Of a DNA stretch of 64,000 bases, positions 46,150 through 60,189 are shown piece by piece; position 1 is the stretch's first letter, and each line of letters starts with the position of its first letter. This stretch comes from Anthoceros angustus. Taxonomy: Eukaryota; Plantae; Anthocerotophyta. The translations under genes were made by a program, and so were the position numbers. The stretch is taken from positions 12,651-76,650 of the forward strand of contig VJWM01000318.1 of assembly GCA_010909165.1 (NCBI GenBank), given 5' to 3'. Below the pieces are notes generated by a model. The model ran no database searches. It saw only the letters and a program-made list of their open reading frames with translations, and was not told where the DNA came from.

Positions 46150-49100
46150 GGGTCAGCATCAACGTGGAGCAGTAAAGTTTGGGCAGCAGTCCAAACTAGC
46201 CAAAGGAGCGAACACGTTTGATTTTTGGCTAAGACCGATTGAAGAGGAACATGCCAAGAAAACTTGAATCTTGAAGGCTGGGTTGTAAAATATTGTTAGA
46301 AGTGAAAAGGATATCCCGAAGAAGAAGCGAAGGCGACCCGAAGCGGAGGCGGTCAGAAAATGGTAATTGTGAGACTACACCGTGTGCCACCACCCGTAAA
46401 TTTGAGAAAAAGCGAGACCAGTGGTGGCGGACTACCATGATGGGTTGGCGGAACCTCGGCGGAAAAATTAATATGAGGATATCCACTATATATGCTCACC
46501 AATAGGGGAGTAGATAAATAGGATTAATTAGAAGGTGACTAATTTGAGCGGATAAGCAGGAAAATAGGTAATTTAGGAAGGCTTAGGTAATTTAGAATGT
46601 TGAACCAATCTAGGGTTGGGAACTCTCGGTGGCGACATCCGGAGGGCAAAGTGCGTTTGGGCCTCTCTTGAGCGGAGGCATCCTCACTTGAAGCGGAGCT
46701 GGGCGTAAGGCGGAGGAGAAAAGGAAGGTTGCTATCCGCCATCGCCATCGCTACGGAGGCGAAGGAGGAAGGAGACGCCATGAAGGAAAGAGAGCGGGGA
46801 GGAGAACCCTAGCCAAGTTGAGCCAAGAGGAGGAAGGAGAAGAGCAGAACATGAGGTCTCCTCAACGCGAGCATTGGAAGGAGCGTCAAAGGGCGCAAGG
46901 TTGAGGAAATTGGTTGAGGAGGACCTCGACCACCCATACCTGAGGAATCGCAAGGAAAATTGGCAGCAGTGTAGGAGCGTCATCAAGCCTAACGTGGGAA
47001 TTGTGCCTCAGGAGGGGTTTGCTGACAGACTCTGGGAGAAGGAGCGTTTGAGAGCAAGCCTCGAGATTGCCAATTCGGAGAGTAATTCCCTTCCTTTGAA
47101 GCATTTGGAGAAGAGAAAGGCACCATGCCTCGAGCTGGAAAAGGCAAGGGGAAGGAACCGCCTGCCAAGGGCTCCTCCTCGCGAGGAGAAAAAGGAAAGA
47201 AGCGGCGGAGAGGCTGCGCCGCGAGAGGAGTGAACTTGTGATGCCCCAATTCACTTGCTTTCTTGGGCAGCAACCCTCGGATTTGGTTGATTTTCGTGGG
47301 CGAGAGGATAACATCCAATTGGGATGGGTGTATGGCCAATGGGCCTACACCAATTTGGAGGATTGAAGAATGTTTCATCAATCCATCAATCGAGGCAGCC
47401 CTTGCCGCATTCGGAGAGAAATGCTCGACGGATCCCATTTCTGGGCCGTAAGGAGCATTCGGCAGTGTATGGGAGGCCGGAGGAGGCTCGAATTGCTCTC
47501 CTCGAGAGAGGACAAATGGAGGAAAGAGCGGCCCTCCGAAATTCAGGAGCTCCTCGACATGATGGATGGAGGAGTGAAGGCCCATGCCAAAAATGGGCTG
47601 GAAGGCAGAAGCATCAAGGAGGCTGAAGTGGAGGCTCTTCGCAAAGATTGTGTCTGGGGTTGGTAAATTACCAAGGACGCCTATTTACACCAACTTCCAA
47701 TTTTGTGGAAGATTTCAAGAGCCAAGCGGTTGGGGCACCATCATGTATGAGGCCTACATCCACCAGAGAAAAGCTCCTCAAGCCAAATTCGGTGGATGAG
47801 GAAGGGCCCTGCTACCTCGGCACCTATTTGGTGCATTTGTGGGAAAGGGCTTCTCACAAGCAAGGAATTGGAAGATGCTTGGCATCCTTGAGATAATCCA
47901 TCTCCGGCCAAGCTTGGAAAGGCCTTGCCTTTTGCATTGAGGAAGGCGTGGGAGGTCGACCTCCACAAGCATGAGAGCGGAAGAAGTGGAGGCTTGGAGT
48001 GGGAATCTTTTCCACAGAGCAAGCAAGGAAGGAGAGCGGCCGAGGAGAGGCCAAGTATGGTTTATGAGAGGAGCTATGGCCAAGGGTGGGGAGTCCCCAC
48101 CATCTCATGCCTGAAGAGGCACCCCAGCCTACCGGTAGGGGCGGCCTACAAGGGGTGGGCAGACTGGTGGACCTACCACGTAGGTGCACTCTAAGGGGGC
48201 CTACGCGGCGGGCACCGCCAGCAGGCGCAGCCTGGCGAGGGAAGGAAGGAAGCGGCCGCGTGGGCGCCGAGGCCGCCTGGGTGGGAGGCGGATGGAGCGG
48301 CAGTGAGGGACCCGGCCCGATGGTCCAAGTGCGGGAGGCTGGAAATTTCCAGCAAGAAGGGAGTGGAATTAGGACCCCTAGGAGAATTCTTTGTGCTTGT
48401 GAAGCACTCAACCGTGTGGATTTGAAGGGGCTAGAGACCTAGCAGCCTCCTTGTGGGCATGCCAAGAGGAGATCAAGACATGGCGGGAGGCGAGGACTAA
48501 ATGGCAATTGGAGGCCATGGAGTCCGATGAAGGCAGCCAAGTTGGAAAAGGTAGAGAAGCTCCAGCGACCTCATGGATGAGCGGAGAAAATCCTAGAGGG
48601 AAGGTGTCGCGGTGAAGAGAGAGCCATATTGGGCCACAACCCGGGATTCATGGAGGCAAAGGCGGAGCATTTTGCCCAATTAGAGCAAACGAAAGGGCAA
48701 AAGCGAGGCTCTCTAGGAAGATAGCGGTCCAGCAATTGGAGAGCGGTGATGGCTACCCAAGCCATCAATCCGGACATGGAAGAGAAGGATCAGTTCAATT
48801 TGGAGGAGAAGCGCTGGAGCGGCTCAAGACCTACAAGCAAGAAATGGGCCGAGGGCTTGGCAAGAGAAGGAAAAGCTTGCCAAGAGGACTGGAACAAAGG
48901 AGGTTCCAAGAGGAGGAGCACAAGAAGGTGGTGCAGAATCTTGGTAGTAGGAAGCGCGATTTTGGGCGGACTATGCCCTTGAGCAAAATTGGCCAAGAAG
49001 TGAGGAGGAGAATGTGACCCTCCATGTCAAGGTGGGGAATTGACCACCTCAAGGACGCCTACAAGGTAGGTGTGAAGATGGAGAGTGGCCACGGATGATC

Positions 49101-51046
49101 TGATGCAATATCATAGCTTGGGGCTCACCTCCACAATAGATTTGAAGGCCAACAACGAAATCTTGCGTTTGGCCAAGAGGAGGACATTGGGTCCTCATGA
49201 TGATGGGAAAGGCTGCAGTGCAGCGGAGGCCTCCGATTTTGATGAGGCCATCGGTGAAATGGACTCAGGGGTCGAGGGTCGGGAGATGAGGAGCGGCCGT
49301 GGCGCCAAGGTGGAAGATGGCGCGAGGCAAGGAGGGGACAGCCCACCCTCACGGGGTCAACCTACCACGGTAGGTGACCACCTACCGGTAGTCCGCGGAC
49401 TACGTGGTGACCACACTCTGGTAGTCCCGGACTAGGGGTGCAGTGCCAGGGCTGTTGGGGTCGGGCCGAGGCTGGTGAGGATGAAGCCGGGGTCCGTGTA
49501 TACCCCGAGGAGGCGGTGGGGTGGAGAGACAAAGGAGGGGCGGGACCCGACCCGTCGAGGAAGGAGGGTGAGGTTCCCTCCCCAGAGGAGAGCAGGGGCG
49601 GAGAAGAGGCCAAAAGGGCCGGAGAAGTTAGACATCGGTGACAATTGGGGAGAAGACTCTTTAAAGATGCTCTATGGTAGGTATGGACAAATCAAGCGAA
49701 GGCAAAAGCAATGGAGATCTTGACCGAAGTCCTCACCGATGCGGAGAAAGAAGGAAAAGGCGGACTACCATGGTAGGTGGTGACCTACCCGATAGTCTGC
49801 CGGACTACGCGGTAGGGTGCGATGAGCGGCGCGACCGGGCGGAGGGCGCCTGCGCGGGCGCGGTGAAAGGAGGACTTTAGGCGCCGCGAGATGGAGGAAG
49901 GGCGGTGTACTTGCACATTAGGAAGGCGACAAGATCGGGAAGGGACAGAGAAAAGGAGGCGAGGAGCCAATCCACAAGAGACATGTCACCACCCAAGATA
50001 AGACTAGAATGGTCAAGACCATAAATGATGAGAGGAATAATAGAAAGGATAGGTGATGTGGCGACATCCTTTAAGGATGATCTTAGGTGAAGTTACTAGA
50101 ATAGAATTTACCAGGATCGATAGACTTAGGTGCCCTTAAATCTTGGCGGTAGGAAATAATAGAATATTGGAAAAGGTGACTGCGGTAGGGTCACCTAAGG
50201 GAGGTTGTATGTGGAAGGCCTCCTATAAGAGGAGGAGGATTTCACAAAGTAAAGTATCATGTCTTGCGCTTCCATACTCAGTCCTTTGCCATTGAGGAAT
50301 TTCGTGCATTTGTGAGCCAAGCGTCTGGTAGAGGAAGTCGCGGTGGTCGAGTGCTTGGTGGAGGACTTGCTCATGCAAGTGCCTAAACGAGTTGCTCCCT
50401 TGTGAATGGTTCTTTGTGAAATTGCTTTGCTTTGGGTGTGTGGCAATGCCGGGAACTCGGCTTGAGGGTAGACTAGGGAAAGACTCCACAGGAGGTTCTG
50501 TTGGTGTCAAACTCATAGCCGGCCCAAGGAAGAACTTCTTTGGTGGAGGCCGAGGCGGTTGTGCCGTGAGGTCGAGCCATGGCAGGCGAGGTTAGAATAG
50601 GAGGAAGAGGATGAGGAGATGAGTAGAGGATTAGAAGTGTAGGTGTTGGTGGAAGGCCGGTAGAGCCTAAGGGACGAATCCCAAATCACCAAGTAAAAGG
50701 CGCTCCACAGGTGGAGAGGATTGGTCTTAGAAGTAGGGACAAAATTCGGTGTGGATCGGGGGTCCCTGGGCGCCGTGGCTCCTTCTTTGCTAAGGCGGGA
50801 CCTCAATGTGTGTTGTTGTGGGTTGAGAATTGGTGGTCTTCGGGCGGTGCAAGCGTGTGTAAGAGGGTGAGTAGCGCCTTGCTTGTTTAGAAGGCTGAAG
50901 TTGTGTCACTGCGGTGTGATCGGTTATCACAAGACCTCAAACTTTCACACAAGTCTCATGGGACGAAACCCAACATACGAAGCGACGGTGGGATAAGTGT
51001 GGCCACTAGAGGGGAAGCCTCGAAGCCCCGAGGTTTTCCTCCCACA
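46150..51046 (+). mobile_element. Family C Athila-like element, 3' part (spacer, accessory ORF ~46740-49700, 3' LTR)
   Basis: Homologous accessory ORF (PCYLGTYLVHLWE, coiled-coil region), ACTAC/CCTAC dyad clusters at 49360-49435 and 49760-49820, then the LTR. Confidence 0.8.
49984..51046 (+). repeat. LTR, family C
   Basis: TGTCACC...CCTCCCACA with TATA CCTATAAGAGG. Shares blocks with the A and B LTRs. Confidence 0.75.
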
Positions 51047-52450
51047 AGAGGGAGAAGGTCCTACCATGGTAGGAGGAGCGAAGAATGGTCAAGGGCTGCT
51101 AGCATGGATTTGTGGCAGGGAGGCGAGTACCTCGGCCCTTGCGGGAAAGGAGGAAGAGGTGGTCAATCTTGCAGGGGTGGAGCAAGAATCACAAGGAGAA
51201 GACCAACCTCCTAACATGGGTGCAGGAGCAAGGAGCTCACTTGCTCCACAAGTGAGAGGAAGAGGAGGCGAGGATGAGCCGGTGGCTAAGAGAGCCCGGC
51301 TATTTTATTGGAGGAAGAAACTGAGGCGCCAAGATAAGGAGGGGATTCATAAGGGGTCCTTAAATTAGCTTGAAGACATGGAAGATGCCACTTGGGAAGA
51401 CTTTTCTTTAGAGGAGGACAAGCATTAATGCTTGTCCCAAAGAGTGTGTTGACTAGCTAGATAGGAATGTTGTGAGCCATTAAGGCTCACATAGGTGAAT
51501 TGCTAGAATAGAATTTTACCCAAGATGCTTCAATGTCGAACTTAAAGTCGACAATAGGATACACTAAAATAAGGAGTGAGGCGGTGCGTGGAGGCGCGCC
51601 GAGGGATGTATGTGAGGACCTCCCTATAAAAGGAGGGCTTGTGAAGTAAAATTATGTCTTGCGCTCCCATCCTCCAGTCCTTCGTGCGATTTTGCCGGGT
51701 AAAAACGCATGTCAGAGAGGAGACTAGCAGTTGAGGCCGGCGGAGGGCTTGCTCTGCAGCGCCCTGCCCTCCCCTTGTGAATAGTTGTGTGAATTGTTTT
51801 GCTTTGAGTGTGTGGCGATGCTCAAGGAACTCTCGGCTTGAGGGTAGGCTGGGAAAGACTCCACGGAGGTTCTCCTTTATGGTACAAACCACATGGAACC
51901 GCCCAAGGAAGAACTAATTTTCGGACGGACCCAGTTGTGCCGTAAGGGCGAGTTGGAATTAATGAGCCAGCAATCGTGTTAGAGTAGGAGATTGTGGAGG
52001 AAGGATAGATGAGTAGAGAAGACGCATTGTTGATTGAGAGAGTTGTGAGGAGGATTAGAGTGTAGGAAAACGGAAGGCCATGAGGCAGAGCCTAAGGACG
52101 AATCCTCTGCAAGAAGAGGGCGCCCTCAGTCGAGAAGAGTGGTCTTAGGAGTAAGGACAAATTGCGGTGTGGGTCAGGGTCCCTGGCGCGGATGACGTGC
52201 CGTAAGACGGACTCGCAATTGTGGGTGTCATTGTAGGTTGAGGCTTGGTGAATTCTACGGAAGACGGGCGTGTAGCTCAGAGAGGGAGCATGAGGGCGCC
52301 TTGCTTGCTTAGAAGGTTGAGGTAGTGTGCTGCGGTGGCAGTTTCTCAAGATCCACTGCTCCACAAGTCTCATGGGGACGAAACCCAACGTAAACGATAG
52401 TGGGATAAGTGTGGCCAGGTGCATCTCGGAGCCCGGAATCAGCCTCCCAC
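51047..52450 (+). mobile_element. Family B 3' end: accessory ORF tail plus LTR (51433-52450)
   Basis: EQESQGEDQPPNMGA..VAKRARLFYWRK, then an LTR colinear with 16704-17733. Confidence 0.85.
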
Positions 52451-55400
52451 GGAGGCGTGTGCCAAGAGGAAGGCGTAAACCCTCGTGAGAGTCGAGGAGG
52501 AAGCGCCCAAGGCGGAGTCAAAGGCAAGGTCCGCTCAACAAGACCGGGCAGGTCCTTCAGTGTGGTGGGCAAGAGCAGAGGCACAAGCAAAGGCGGAGGA
52601 CCTTTGCAGACGGAAGAGTGGGGAGCGAGAGGAGGGCCCGGAAAGGACCAAGGACTCGCCAAGGCGGCTCGGCGGGGAGCAACACCAAGTTGGCAGCCAG
52701 TGAAAGGGGCGGAGGCCGGGCAGCAAAACAGATGGAGACCACCTCTGGCGGGGCTGGAACCGGTGGAGGGCGGTAGCGAGGCCAACATGAAGGCCAAGCG
52801 GCCAATACAGCCGTGAAGAAGAAGAGAGGCGGCACAGGAGACGGAGTATCTCCGGGCACTGCAAGGGACGGAGGAGCGCCAGCCCGAGGCGGAGGACATA
52901 GGAGACCACAAGCTCTGTCAACGTGAGGTGGAGCGGAATTGGGACCTCCAAGGAAGAATCGAGGACCACGAAGGGAGATAGAGCGGCTCCAGCTCCGTGG
53001 AGGGCGGAGGAAGTTCGCGCCAAACAAGGGAGGCCGCCGAGATGGAGAGGGATTTGGAGGAAGCAAGGAGGCGCGGAGCTGCCGGACCACGGAAAGGGAG
53101 ATGGTGGCCCTCTAGGCAAGGATGAATGGCTGGGAGAGAGCTTTGAGAGAGGAGCAGGCTGTTGGTCCAAAGTGAAGGTGGAAGGGGAGCGCCAAGCGTT
53201 ATGGCCATCAAGTTGGCCAGTGACTGGGAGGAGGAGCACGGAGGCAGCAGAGGTCAGGAAGTGTGAGAGGCTTGACAGCTCACTCGAGACTCCAGGATCT
53301 CAATCAGGCGTGTCTTCTGTGAAGACGGTCCAGAGGCCAACCAAAGACGCCCAGTGCGGAGCACCTCTCGGAGGAGGGAATACAGGTGCCCGGCTCATGT
53401 GGAGGCCATTCAACAAGTCGATTCGACCGCCTACCACTTAGAGCTCCTCAAGGCACCGGAGGTCTGCCTCACCTCTGGCATTGAAGGACCGCCGGGAGGA
53501 ATAAGAGGGAGGGGGGCGAAGGCCCAGGATAGTCACTGCGAGACCACAGGGCCTGGAGATGAGAGCAGCGGCGGAGAGGAAGCTTGTCAGGAGGAGTGGG
53601 ATACGCGACACCACGGACATGAGGTAAGTCGGCACCCACCAAGGAAAGGAGGAGGGCCCCGAGGGGGTCGAGGAGAAAGGAGAAGCATAGGAGACCCAAG
53701 ACAGGCAGGGGTCCGGCGGGCGGGATGGACCCTGGGAGTGCTCGGGAGAGGGAGTTCAGGACCCATGAGTCGGACCACTGGGACTAGACGAGGCCCGGAC
53801 CCCGAAGTTTCAGGGCCATGGACTCTCCCTTTGGATGGGAAATGAGTTAGGTTTTTTTTTTTCACGCACGGTAGAAAATAAGGCGGAAAGGAGAAATAAG
53901 GATCGAGTACTCCGGACTACACTCCGGAGTAGGCGAGAGACTCGAGCACACTCCCGGAAGCTACTGGACCACTGCGGAGGAATCTGATGCATACAGCGCA
54001 TCGGTAAGTCCGGACTACACTCAAGGTGACGGGATAAGTACAAGTAAAACTAACTTAGGATTCGGAGCGTATTTTGACGAGGCCACATGGGCCAGTATTG
54101 AGAGGAGAACGGGCCACAGCGACCCAGGGGCGAGGGGTTGCTGTGGCCATTATAGGCGGTATTCACGCCTGTGTCACGCGACCAACATAAGAGCTGGACG
54201 CAGCCGGCGTGGGCAGTACGCGGTAGCGTGAGCCCAGTAAGCGCGCGTAAGGCGAGTAGGCGGCGGCGTAAGGTCGGAGAGTAAGCCATGCGGGCCTCCT
54301 CCAGCGATTCTGAACGGCGAAGACACCTCCGCCCAAGCATCCCGCAGTGAGGGAAGGCCATTCTTCCTCGCGGCCTCGTGGCGGTTTGCGATCTCTGCTC
54401 GACACTCTACAGCATTGTCTTTTTGAGCGCTGCACTCTTGCACGTGGTTGAGCGACCAAGCGGCGATAGAGCGGCAGTGTTAAGACAATTTCCAACAGCG
54501 GCGAGAAGAGCACGCAATGGGACCCAAGAAGGCGAACGGATGTGGGAGCACAGGCGCTTGGTGGAGCGCAACATCGTCACCAAGAGATACCCGACTTCGC
54601 CCCGCCGGAGGAAGCGGAGAGCTAGGTGGAGCAATGGCACTTGGATATCTTGGTAGCAGTGCGACGTTTAGCCGGCCCTCCGAGAGTACGCCAGAAGATG
54701 CTGGCGCCAACAAGGAGGTTCTCAAGAGCCTCGAGGAGGACCCCAGGAGGTGGAGTGTGGAGGTCACAGGCGTTACAACCGCCGGTGGAGAGAGTGGGAG
54801 GCCCCTGAGGTGAGAGGGAAGGTGGAGGCGGCAAAGGCGGCAATGGTGAGGCCGACTCAGCATCGTCCAACAGCTAGTTGATGCTCGGACTGCTTCGGGC
54901 GGATGAGGGCAGTGGCCAAGGTCATTGTCCACTAGAACATGCTCACCAAGGTGGATCACCTTATGACAACCTTGTGTTCTTGCACGCCCTCAGCGAGGGA
55001 AAAGGGGGCCGGCGGGGCCTATCATCTTCTAATCAACCAAGAGGCCGGGAAGCTACGGAGTGAGAAGCCACCTGGGCTCACCGCGCCCTTCCTCATCCAT
55101 GTATGGGACACCTCAACCTTCCGGAGAGGAGGAGCGGGCGCCCGAGAAAGGGCTGCCCCTGCAGGCGGAGCGTGAAGAGCCGAAGGCGCGAGGCGGAGGT
55201 CCGCCTCCCAAGGCCAAACGGGCCCGGGAGGAAGCGATTGGGAAGGATTCAGTTCCATTCGACTGGAACGGACCCCCTCGCCGCCCGGGAGGTATGGGAG
55301 GATATTCGCCTCCCTTCTTTTGGTCCCAGCGGAGCTCCCTGTCGGACGGAGTACCCACAAGGGAGAATCAAGGCCGGCGACGCCCGCTGTGCAACCCACC

Positions 55401-55500
55401 ATAGCCCGGCAGGAGCCTCGGAGACTAGGAGAGTCGTCAAGAGGCGGACGGCCCACCAACTGTGAGCGCCAGGGCGCACTTCCCGCCCCTACCAGGTGAG
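52451..55500 (+). pseudogene. GC-rich, more distant accessory-ORF remnants (family D)
   Basis: E/R-rich segments. LTAPFLIHVWD (~55080) is positionally like LSTYLVHLWE. CCGGACTAC motif cluster at 53905-54025. Confidence 0.4.
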
Positions 55501-56389
55501 GGACCCTACTAGAAAGGGCAGCCTACGTTCGATCGTTGTTGCAATTTTATGTTCTAACTTGCAACATCATTTGGAGGCTTGGTAATTAAGTTTGTCATTT
55601 CTTTCCCCAAGTGGGCCTACCATCTTAACACCCCCTCTCTCCTACCACTTCACCCTCTTAACTACATCCCTCTCTCATCGCATTGTTTATGAACTCCCAA
55701 AATGCAATTGCAACATGATAATAAGGACCCTCTCTCTCTTCTCTCTCCCCATCTTTATTACACCCATTGGGAGTACAATTAGTTAATGTTTTCCTAGCGC
55801 TCTTCTTTGCACTCTTTCTTCCCAACTATTTGATAATGGTGCCCAGGACACGAATATCAAGTAACATTAAGCATCTGCCATTCCACCTCACAAGGTCATA
55901 ATTCCTTTATCAACCTTTTTCTTCACAATAGCTATTATTGGCTCGTATACTAATTGTTTATGGCTTTTTGCACGATATCTTTGGTAGAAATGGAGGCACG
56001 ATAGGTTTATACGTATAGGTACCTACTTGTAGATATATTCTTGTGCATATATGATGTATACTGTGATTTGTACATCACCACTAGATTATACTGATATTAT
56101 TACGACCACGGATATCGTTTTCTTCACAGTGCTTGACCGCTATCTGCACATTCATTCGGCATGGTGTGTGTCTTTGTATACAAGTCTTATGCCACTTGTT
56201 GTTGCGGTGCAAAATCGTGTGGCTCAACCGGTTTTGAACACGCGACCACTCGTCACCATCCCTCCTCCACTCCACCAACACGGAGTACATGGATGGATGG
56301 TTCCTTTATACATACATCTCACCTTTCGAGCAACTTTGTTCATAGAACATCGATGCCTACCACGCAATTTGCTATACAAGTAGGATGCA

Positions 56390-58330
56390 TTCCTACCATA
56401 TGCTACAAGGTTGGGAAGCAACGTGCTCTCTGAAATCGGGAAGAGGCTGGTACATGGGCAGCCTTGCAGTGGAAGAATAGCGTCATTAACATATCACGGT
56501 GACGGGGTGGGAAGAATCCCATGCTGGTATACATGAGGAATGTCGTCGAGGTTCCGCCCCGTCTGCTGGTCGTCTTTCCACATACGCCCTCCCATTCCAA
56601 AACACTAATCATTTCTCCCACATCTATTTCTCCGAGTCCACGAGACTACTTGTCTTTGTGGTGGTGCTCCACCGCTGCTCCCAAGCGGCACCTAGCAATC
56701 ATACTTCAAACCACACCTACCAACAATTTCACTTGTGACACAAAACAACAATGTCTCAATTATGCATTTCTGAGTCATCGATTAGGTCAACCACAAGCTT
56801 CTCCCCTTTCCGGCCTTCACATCTCCTGTGCTCGAACCACACATTCATCCAGATGGCAGCTATCTCCTCGAAGCCCTCACATTCTTCCTACATAAAAGCG
56901 AAATCCTTTGCTACTAAGGCTTCTTGCCCACACCGCTATACCCATTGGTTGTCCTCGGGAATCCTCCCATACTGACCATGGCGCATCTTGACTTGCATTG
57001 GCAGGCTTTCTTTGTATGCGGGTGGGTCGCCGTCGGAGGTTGAGCAATCCTCACATGTTTTTGTTAGGCGGAGGGCCCGTGACTGATTGCTTGCAATCCA
57101 CACACAACCTTTCAAAATCACCATTCCCTGGCGAGATGCGGAGGGGCATCCAGCAGCAAGATGCCCGAACCCTCGGCAATTGTAACAATGGCACTCATTT
57201 GCGGGTTCCTTGCCATCGATTACGAATGCCCATACGTAGTTTCGTAAACTTGAGTATAAGTCTTTGGGTACCCGATCGGTCGCCTCTTGAATTTGGATTT
57301 ATATCTTCCAAGCACATCTCTCGTCCTCCTCGTAGCCAGTTGCACTTTTGTTTGTGGGCAGTTCGACCTCGAGTGCCGTCACAAGTTGAGCGAGAATTGC
57401 TCCGGTAGCAACCCTTCTTCTATCGTGGTCCTTGATGGCATTAAGATGGAGTTTCTCGGTTTGACCATCATTTCCTCCATCTTGTTCCCTTGTTGCTCCA
57501 CTTTTTTTCTTTGTTTCCACCTCTCTTCTCACTGCTCCGTCCTTCCTTTATATAGCAGCTCCTTCCCTTCGTCTTGTTTCCATCATTTTCCCCCTTCCTT
57601 CTATCCCTTGCGCTCACCTTCGAATTCTCCTCGAATCCTCGCTGGTCTCCTCTTCCATGGAGCTACAGGAGTCGGTTGAAAACTATCTCCTCCCGGGCTC
57701 ATCGGAGGACGAATAGTACTTCTTCTTCTTTTGTATTTCTTTTGTCCTTGTGCGCCCTTGTTCGAGTTCTTCTTCTTCGCGTTGGACTCCTCATAGTTGA
57801 GGCGGCTTTGATCGATCCAAATCTTTCTCGGCACAGGCCGTACGTGCTTCCCATCTCCAATCCTCTTGCAAACGGAATGGCCATTAGCTCAGTGCGGACC
57901 CGATCCGGTACATGGAACCTTTCCACATAAGCTGCGGGTCTCCTTCTTCCCTCTCCAATCCCTCGAGTTTGGACGGGACATCCTTCCACATCGACCCCTC
58001 TGATCTTTCACAAAAGCTCTCTTCAAGGCCCCAAAGGTAGGCGGGGTGTGGAAGAAGCTATGTACTCGCTTGTACCACTTGGCGCTCGCGTAAGACTCCA
58101 TAAAGCAATTTGGGCACGATCGCATCCTCACGGTTGTGGCGTCGCTCAAGCAGCTCGACAAACTCGTCGGGATCCTCATGGCCCTTCTTTTCTCCATACA
58201 GCGGGTAAGATTGCTTAGTAGTAACAAGCAGGGCCGCCATAACTCTGGTAGTAGTACTTTTGTGGTGGTTGTGACCACTACGTCTGGGACCTCTACATTC
58301 CACAGTTGTGGACGCGGTGATCTAGGCAAT
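56390..58330 (-). pseudogene. gag: gag with multiple zinc knuckles (family E Athila-like element)
   Basis: YP.Y.EKKGHEDPDEFVE; SAKWY..TPPTFGALKRAFVK; CYNCRGFGHLAAGCP (~57140-57190); LCVDCKQS.H (~57080-57110). Confidence 0.8.
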
Positions 58331-58625
58331 GGGCGAGATCAAAAGACAAGGTGGGATCGGTGCAGCCTTACGCTTTAAGTAGAGTTGGGGAATCCGATAA
58401 GATCCGATCCCTAGTTCGAGTTGACTCCCCCTCTTCCTCGTCCGGCAAGTGTGATCTCACTGCTCTCCTCGTAACTCTCTGCAATCTTTCCATGCTTGGC
58501 GTTGCCGTCTTGCGAGCGTTTCCCCAGTCGGATCGAATCGCTTGTCTCCACAGGCATCCATCTATCAATCTAGTAATGCTAGACTCTACTTAAGCTATGG
58601 TTAGTTCTACCTCGTCCTTGTTTCA

Positions 58626-58639
58626 TTCCCGCAGCGCCA
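58626..58639 (-). promoter_or_regulatory. Degenerate tRNA-Asp PBS (family E)
   Basis: Minus strand ...CCTCCACA TTT TGGCGCTGCGGGAA. Confidence 0.7.
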
Positions 58640-58642
58640 AAA

Positions 58643-59650
58643 TGTGGAGGTGTAAACTCGTGTCACGAGACACGGTGAGGTCCACATTCACCCTCAATGT
58701 CGTTGTAGTCACAGGATTCGCTCCCAAGGGAATGGTTTGTGCGAGGCTTCTTCTATCACTACCGACCTTTGCCTAAGTCGGGGCTTACACACTACCACTC
58801 TCTCTACTACTCAACTACTACTACCTCCGTCTTGTCCAACCCAGATCTAACTCCCGACCTCGTTTCCCGTTCTAGGTGTGTCCGCACCACTACCGGTGGT
58901 GGCGACCAGGTGGGTCCCACCAAACCCTAGCGATTATCGGCGCGGATCATGCGGGGTTGTCTCCACCGTAGTCGGATGTTATTCTACCCCACTCATGCGG
59001 CCCGATTCACGACCTTTGGGGATTCCTAGCCTCCCTACACTCAATCCACACACATGCACACACACAGGCGCCACACCACCTTATTTCCTCCGGAACGTTC
59101 CCCATACTTCCTTAGCGGTTGCTCAATTCGCGATTCTTACACACAATTCACCATGACCTCTCAGTTCTTCTTCCTTTTCCACTCTTACACCTCGCACGTC
59201 TGATTGTAATCTCTCCTTCCCGATCTGCTCTCACTCTCTCTCCTCTCTCGATTCGCCCTCAGGGCATCCACTCACTCACAAACCCTCAATTTGAGAACAC
59301 AACTAGCGAGAAAAGGCGAAGGAGAAGAGCCAGGCGTCATAGCGGCATTACGGCTCTAGCCTTGGCGCCAATCCCATGTTCCCTCCCCTTGGTCAACCAC
59401 AGGCCTTGATGCCTTTCCTCCTCCGGCCAGGACAAGCTCGACCATTCCTAGGGCGTCTACCGCCTCCGTTAATTGGGCGTCTCCAACTACGAGCAGTGGG
59501 GATCTCAACAGAGTTATTTGCATGAGAAGCATAATTGCCCCTCTTATACAGTGCGCCATGCCAGTTTTTAGGTCTAAGATGGCTATCATGAAGGGGCCAC
59601 AATTCGGGCGTTCCTAGGTCGATCGACATCTAGCTTCAAGGATGCTATCA
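58643..59650 (-). repeat. 5' LTR of family E (far boundary uncertain)
   Basis: Ends CCTCCACA next to the PBS; TATAAGAGGGG on the minus strand at ~59540-59550. Confidence 0.55.
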
Positions 59651-60189
59651 CTAGCCCTCGCTGCTCTGCGCCTCCCTCGACTTGGACTTTGGCCTTAAAT
59701 CCTCCATTACGCCACGACCCTCCTGCCACGCCCGGTGATGACTTTTGTCTTCCACCTCCTTTGTCACTCTAGGCGTCCTAATTTGAGGTGTACTGCACCC
59801 CTGGGCGTCGCATCTTCGCTTGCTATTCGAGGATTATTACGGTTCCTCGTCCACCCAAAGCTGGACCTCCTCCTCAACTCCTCCAAGGTCGCCTCCGCAT
59901 AATAAACCACACTCGGTAGCGATGGTAGAGTATGCCGGTCCTCACTTGCAATGGGTAGGCCTGATCCCTCCTATTTCCACCGCACATGGTGAGATTAAGC
60001 CGTTCCCCATTCATATAGACCGGAACATAGTTTCCTCATCCATGTGCGCAATATATAGGACCTCACGGGTGTAGAGGTGCTTACCCCTCCTCCAGTAAAT
60101 ACACACAGTTGCACCGGTCCATGTCCTTCGTGCAGCGTCGCATCTGTCGCTCCATCATGGGCCCCGAGTTGGGTGCGCCAATGTCGGTG

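Noticed and set aside
55500-56390. Host gene or DNA transposon in the AT-rich interval
   Set aside because: No recognisable motif, terminal inverted repeat or convincing exon chain, so it is left unassigned.
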